This document shows positions 57,901 to 64,000 of a stretch of 64,000 bases of DNA, in pieces. This DNA comes from Klebsormidium nitens (lineage: Eukaryota; Plantae; Klebsormidiophyceae): the NCBI GenBank assembly GCA_000708835.1, contig DF237076.1:62001-126000 (forward strand), read 5' to 3'. The position numbers and the translations under genes are program-made. Under the pieces are notes generated by a model, which saw only the letters and a program-made list of their open reading frames with translations, had not been told where the DNA came from and did not search any database. Positions within the stretch are counted from its first letter, which is position 1, and each line of letters opens with the position of its first letter.

Positions 57901-60900
57901 TCAAGGAGGGGGGAGTGAGAGTCACTTAGAGAGAGCAGCATGAAGCAAGGGTCGGGGTTTCGGGGGTATTGTACGAGATCCACGTGCGCGATCTTTGGCC
58001 TGCTAGGCGAACATATTAGTGAGTGTACTCGGCTACCGTTAGCAATCTCATTAAAGCTTGATTCAAGTGAAAACGGAGGACGCTTCACGGATGGCGTTAC
58101 AATTTTTCTTGCCACCCAGAGTGTGCCGTTCTGCTTCCTATCGAACCGAGCCAGAAAATGACAGCCCAACGTGTGAAAACCCCCCACCTGCCCAGGTGCA
58201 AGGCGCAGCCCCGCGGCGACTCCGTTGTGGAACTCGGGCCATGTGGTTAGATCCGTCAGGCTCTGCCCCGCGCTGACATCAAGGTTCACCGTCGCGTTCT
58301 GCTGAGTTGGCAGCCGCCCCGCCAGCACCAGCTTTGGCACGGGCAGCGCCTCGGTGAGAATGGGCCCCGCGGATGCCAGTGTGAACGCGCCCCTGCCAGC
58401 TGGGAGTGCCGTGGTGCGTTGCGCAAGCTGCCAAGAGACAAGCCACGGCGTTAAAGCAATTTCGCTGGCAAGATGGAAGCAGTAATTTTTTGGGATGCTT
58501 GATCACGGATTCAACCTGCTGCAAAACGCGAAAGCGACAGGACTGTATGCCGAGCTCACCGATCCTGAGTCAACATTAACAGAGATTCAGTAGGTTTTGT
58601 GACACCAATATAAGGTTCGCGGAAACCCCTTGATCTAGAACCCACCCAACACTTTCACATACCGCATCAGCTCTCAAAGCTTGAGTCAGGCTTCGTCAAG
58701 ATGAGGCAAGATAGGTCGCTTTCAAGTCTTGCTTCAGGCTTCATCGAATTTAGGCAAGATAGGTTGAGCAAACGAAGCCAGGCCCCAGACTGACCTGCCA
58801 AAGCAGAGTCTGCTGGTGAGCCACCAGATCCGGGTCAGCTAACTCAGGACCCCCGGTTACCCTAACCGCGACCGGTTGGGCGGACCCTAGCAGCCGCCGG
58901 ACCTCGTCGAGACGCAGGTCGGCACGGAAGCGCGCACGCGCCCGCGCGCCTGCGGCGGGCTCCATCCCGTCCCCGGGGGGATCTCCCGAGCCCTCGAAAG
59001 CTTCGTCCGATTCGAGTGGCTCGATAGGGCGCAAGTGGTGTGCGTATGGGGGGGTCAAAAGAGGCGTGTCGGAGGAGGGGGTGCCAAGGCGGGCGGTCGC
59101 AAGGTCTTCCCGGCCAATGAGGTCGAAGGCGGGGGCGGGCCAGTCGGGCGGGGGGGCTTCTCGGCAAGCGTATAGGGCCTGAACAAGGAGGCGTAAAATG
59201 TGAGCATGTTCAAAAGGTGGGCAGAGATGGCCTCATGACGAATAAATTTGCAGATACGAAGTTTGTAAGTAGAAAACCATGCAGCACAGGGCAGGAAGCA
59301 AGCAGCATTCAAAAGAGATGCCAATGTTGGAGAGCGCTCAGCTTCGCCACGAAAGCTAGCAAAGAGATGGGGGCCTTCAAATATACGATTGACTTGGGCA
59401 TGCCTTTGCGGGTTTCTTGTATCCAGCTTATGTGGAGGCGAAACAGTCGAGTCAGCATGCGGCGACGGGAAAACAGATCGCCGGGTTTGAGAATCACCAC
59501 ACAGGTAAGGGTGACAAGATAACTCTTGGCGATTGGCAAGCAGGAATCTGGCTGTTACGGTAGCTCTCTGACGTCACTTCTGACGCACTTGTGTACGCCA
59601 AAATTCAAGACAACTTACGTGTCGGATGGGCAGTGCCACTCCGGACGGCAGTGTGTCCAAATCGGACAGCGCTATGCCCTCGGCGACCATCACGAGGACG
59701 ACCGAGTGCGCGGCGCTCCTGGCTGTGCCACGTGTCACCTTCACGGGGATCTGGAACGCGGGGCTCTGACCGGCGCCGTGCACGTTCCGGAGGCTCTTTT
59801 CGGACACTAGGATGTCGTACAGTGCGAGGATCTGACGGGAGCGGCTGAGGGGGGAGGCGGCGGAGGACCTTAAAAGGTCGGGGAGCACTGTGCCAAAAGG
59901 CCTGTAGTGGAAAAGGGTGGTCAGAGGAACACATCAAGGTAAGGTAGACCAGGATCCCTGCACTTTGGTCAAGTGATTGCATTGCTGTGGGAAGGAAAAA
60001 GGGAATGGAATGACAAGCAGAGAGAAAATCACGAACGATGTAACATGAGACCAAGATCATAACCGGTTGGTGCTAATGTTATACTAGTTCTTGCTTGTCA
60101 GTGCTGATATCTTGCAGCTGAAAAGCGCCAAGTCGATTGTCGAAGCTCCAGTTGGCAACCGGCCATGGATAAGCCTAAGTAAGAACGGACGCCTCCGTCA
60201 GCAGCTCGAACAGACTGCCAGATAAGCAGATTCTCGAACGAGTCCGGACATCGGCCATCTTACAGACCTTGCTCTGCACACCCTCAGCTTCAGGCCACAT
60301 TGTCGTAGTGCAAAAAGAATCTCAATCGCTGACCCGCTCTTTGCGGCTAAGTCTCCAAAGTAAGTTACACTCACCCCGCCTGCCCCGACCCCGAGGCTTC
60401 TCCCACAGTGTGAACACAATCCTCACTGCCACGTGGCTGCGCCAGCATGTCCCGCAACAGGCCGTGCAGATCCAGGGGCAAAAACGTGGAGTCCAGAACA
60501 GACGTAGGCGACGCCGGTTCCGGGCTGGGTAGAGAACTCCACTCGCGGGAGTAGTAGTCTTGGTAGTCGACGAGGGAGAGGCTGCCGGCGAGAGAGTGCA
60601 AGAGGGAAGCGAGCGGGAACAGGCTCCTGCAGAAGAATTATAGGATGTCAAGTTGCATGGTAGAGTCGCAGAGCGGTGTGACTTTGGGACCTAGGCTCCG
60701 GACGCTTGGGCACGGACGACGTGGCGCGATTTGGAGCGTTGGCGCCGTTAAGCCAAGCATAGATTGCGAAGGCCCCCAAAAAATGCCACGTCATCACTTC
60801 CGACCAGGTCTCCGATCTTGATCCTAAACCACTGATTTCTCCTTGACCCCGCTCATACAGGTCTTGATAAAAGGAGGGACGAGGTGGATTGCTGACCAAT

Positions 60901-63900
60901 TCACGGGACTCCCCTTTGGCAAGACTTTCCAGTGATCGACGGTGGAACTGGCAGTCAATTCTGGACTTTCAATACCAAGCGGAATTCTCAAAAGGGAGTC
61001 TGTGCGAGTGGGCCGGCGGTCAGCTGCTGCAAGTGCTTTCCATCGACTCCTTTCGCCATCACGATGAGACTGAGCCCCGAGAGGAGAAGCAATTTTAAGC
61101 GACTGAGAAAGAAGCCCGCAATCAGTTTATACTGTTCAGGTGCGACGTTGATGATGCCAAATCGGATAGTCGCTCGAGGCAATCTACACCCATCCCGTGG
61201 ATTCAGACTCTGGAAAGTCCACTTTGTAGATCCAACAATCTCCTTATTCTTCTTCTGAATGCTTGACCTGAGCCTGGCCCATCAAACATGAGGCAATCAT
61301 TAAACCCTAAAACTCAAACCCCTGAAGCTCTAAATCACAAATCCTGCAGCGACTGACCTCCACTTGAGAGTGTCCAGCTTGAGGTCCTCATAGACTAGAT
61401 GAAGAGCCTCGACGGCGCGGCGGACCACTGCCAGGTCAGCGTCCGGGCTACCAACACTGGGGAACGGCTCGGCAGCCAAGGGGGTGGCCGGCGATCTCGA
61501 CGTTTCCTGGAGATACAGATCAGTTCTAGTTGAGAACGTCGTTGACGTTCTTGTTATTCAACTGGAGTTCGTGTGTTCTTAAAGCATGGCAAAAGCCGTC
61601 CGCGCTGAAGCCCACTCCCTTTTCCCTGCTCACTTCCCTTCTTGAACAGAATCTCCATAGTCTCCGTCCGATTGGAAGGCAGAGGAAGGGACACTTTTGA
61701 AAGGGTTACTTGAGGAGGAGAAGATAAGAGCAAAGAGGCCAGAGCAGAGCACTGCGGAACCACCTCGTAACAGCCGTCTGTGCTCCAGGTCATTTAAGGA
61801 GAAGAAAAAGAGTTGTTTTGTGAACGAGATGACTCCCTGGGTAGCCTTGCAGCGGCAGGCATGCCCAAAGAGCTCTTAATGTAAGGCGAATTCTCTTCTT
61901 ACCTCGCCGTGAATCTGCAGCGGAAGCTCCAACGCCTCGTACGAGCCCCCCTCCAGAGTCGCTCTGTACAAATCGCTCTGCAGCAACAACTCCCAGTCGC
62001 TCTGCGCTTCGTCGTCCGACGATCTCCGGGACAACGTGCTCCCTTCCGACACTCCGCCAGCTTTTCTCCTGCTTTCCGCCCCCTTCTTAACCGACTTGAC
62101 ACTTTTCGCCTCCTTCTGGCCCGACTTGGCCCCCGGTGTCAACGCAACCACGCCCGTAACCCAGCCTCGAACCAGGCCTGCAAACGCTCCCCATTCCGCT
62201 TCCCCAAGGGATTCCGGGGATGGCTCAGAAGGCCCCCCCAGCAGGCGGCTGACAAAAGCCCACCGCAAGTCCAGTGGGAGAACTAGAGCTAGGGTCGTGA
62301 GGCACGCAGCCACGAGCGGTGATTCCGGAGCCGCTCTGACCGCCGTTCGAAGCACTAACCCGTCCGCAAACACAAGGTTAACCCTGTTCCCAACCGCGTC
62401 CCTCAGGTCCGCAACTTTCGGGGCCGCTGATGTCACAGGTGGCGTCACCACGGTCTCCTTGGCTTTTCTGGCAGGCGCACCTGACCGCCCGCGGCCCCCC
62501 CGAGAGGCCGAAGAACGCACGCTGATTTCGGGTGGCCGGTCGGCGGCGTTTCCGTCTGAGCTGCGGAGTGCGATGGAAGGGGCCGGAAGAGGGGGAGGGG
62601 CGCTGGTCGGGCTCGGGGGGGACAGCTGGCAGACGGCATATGCGCCCATGTGGAGCATAAGCGATCCGTCACGGGTGAGTAGAAGCAGGTCGAGCACTCT
62701 GCCTTGCGCCTCGGCCAACCTGGAGAGACGAAGGACGGGTTGTGAGCTGCCCATCTGCTCATTCAAGTGCATTCTCAGATCAAAAGTGTGTCGGTCAACG
62801 ACCCCCTTGAACGTTGTGGAGCCAACTGCTGCTCAGGAACCTCATGCATGGAAAAGTTTGAGGCCCCAAACAAAGACTGACGGTTTCTGACGCAGACTAT
62901 CTTTGTGGGATCCTGTGCGAATCCGAAACGTGTCAATTTATCTTGCTGCCCATACTCTTAGCGAAGAGGTTCGATTGTGATCTTCGACCTTCAGAAGTAC
63001 CAAACGGTGAAAGAAAAAAACGTTCGGTCTTGAGATGAAAAGCTACAGCTTTTCCTGAACGGGAGATCGAAGAACATGGCGCTTTCGCTCAGCTCAGCAA
63101 TCAAACAAAGCGCTCGCTTTTCCCTTTTTCTGCTCAAGGACAAAAGCAAGGCGAGTTGCGCTACATGACTCACTGCTTCCGCGACCCTTCCACCGCCTCT
63201 GCCGCCACGGCTGGCAGCACGCCCGCAACGGAAACGGACGCCCCTCCATCCCCACCGTCCGATCCAAATGGGCCCTCTTTCTCAGCGTCCGTTTCGGCCA
63301 CCCGCAGCAGAACCAGGCTGCTCGTTTCCCGAATCAAAAGACAAAGCAGCCTCGTCCCCTCTTCGTCGTGAGCATACAGGGCTTTGGCGGCCCGCTTTCC
63401 ATTTGAGGTCTGGGTCCAAATTCGGGTCAAGCTAGTTACAGGGGGATCTTCGATGGGGATAAGGTAGGCCGGGGTGGTTGAGTCTCGAGACGAGCTTGGA
63501 GGGGGAGTCGAGAGTGGGGAGGAAGTGTGGGGGTGTTGTGAGGGGACTGGGGCGGGGGGGTGGACTTTCCAGATGCTGTGGCGCTGGTTGACTGCAAAGG
63601 AGAAGCGTTTTGAGGTCTCGGTACGACGGTCTAATCTCGATAAAGAACGCATGCTTTTCAACGAAGTATTTCGATCCGACAAGCGCGCAGAAGCCATCGA
63701 TGTACAGAAAAGCGACCATGTTCTGATGAGCGCCTTAACTTTCCGGAATTTTCTCATGCGATATGCCGCGGGCAGCCCACTTCTTAGGAGACAACCAAAT
63801 CCTGAAAGACATGGCAACGTAGCAAGTGGAGAGTTTCTGGTAAGGAGACAGTATGACTTTGTGTTCGTCTTCGACGGGGCACATTCCTACTGCCACACCA

Positions 63901-64000
63901 TCCCCGTATAACTTTCTTCTATTTTGAAAGGTGCCAGCGTCATTCTTGACAAAATTTGATATGGTCACCCTCCGCTTACCCGCATGGTGCGTGACTATGT
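51944..64000 (-). CDS. APC1: Anaphase-promoting complex subunit 1, 5'-partial. Exons (>64000)-63980, 63591-63174, 62719-61903, 61506-61358, 60626-60375, 59901-59619, 59178-58795, 58427-58188, 57752-57383, 56998-56242, 55774-55483, 54672-54470, 54149-53732, 53139-52864, 52339-51944
   Basis: PC-repeat motifs REGYALSAGLALGLVCLGRG, APGATLALALMFLKTN, YVRPDFILLRVLARSLILWD, WPEFHNGVAAGLRL, GNHMAISMALGFLFMGGG, HLQAFRHLYVLA and FSADP are characteristic of APC1. GT-AG junctions. Confidence 0.95.
57950..58057 (-). repeat. Copy of the intron end, acceptor and 5' part of APC1 exon 57752
   Basis: 57950-58057 duplicates about 57706-57812 (about 55 nt of exon plus about 55 nt of intron). Confidence 0.92.

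Noticed and set aside
60648-60899. 83-aa ORF in an APC1 intron
   Set aside because: No APC1 similarity, and the flanking exons 61358 and 60626 already join in phase.
1-64000. tRNA, rRNA, transposase/RT ORFs, prokaryotic operons or defence systems
   Set aside because: None recognisable by eye. The window is occupied by spliced eukaryotic housekeeping genes.

Overview
Eukaryotic, intron-rich genomic DNA with GC-rich exons and mostly GT-AG introns. Plant-like NUP205 and APC1 together with a flagellar radial-spoke gene suggest a streptophyte alga such as Klebsormidium (inference). I hand-spliced five loci: (1) the 3' part of a Trithorax/MLL-type H3K4 methyltransferase (+, 215-12905; PHD-PHD-ePHD-FYRN-FYRC-Win-SET-postSET); (2) a complete 36-exon NUP205 (-, 40426-13824, 1902 aa); (3) an orphan gene (-, about 43570-42465); (4) a 9-exon radial spoke protein 2 (+, 44542-50052); (5) the 3' part of APC1 (-, 64000-51944). 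An eroded histone H3 relic with an intact terminal exon lies at about 50150-50773. The most unusual signal is that introns of three different genes carry 'junction echoes': tandem copies of a splice site plus the adjacent exon end. Acceptor copies always lie upstream of the live exon and donor copies always downstream, in arrays of up to 4-5. The best-preserved echoes differ from the live exon almost only at synonymous sites, two form in-frame 45-nt mini-exons inside the SET domain, and several carry AG|GT (ratchet-like) junctions. All alignments and family assignments were made by eye or from memory; no searches were run.
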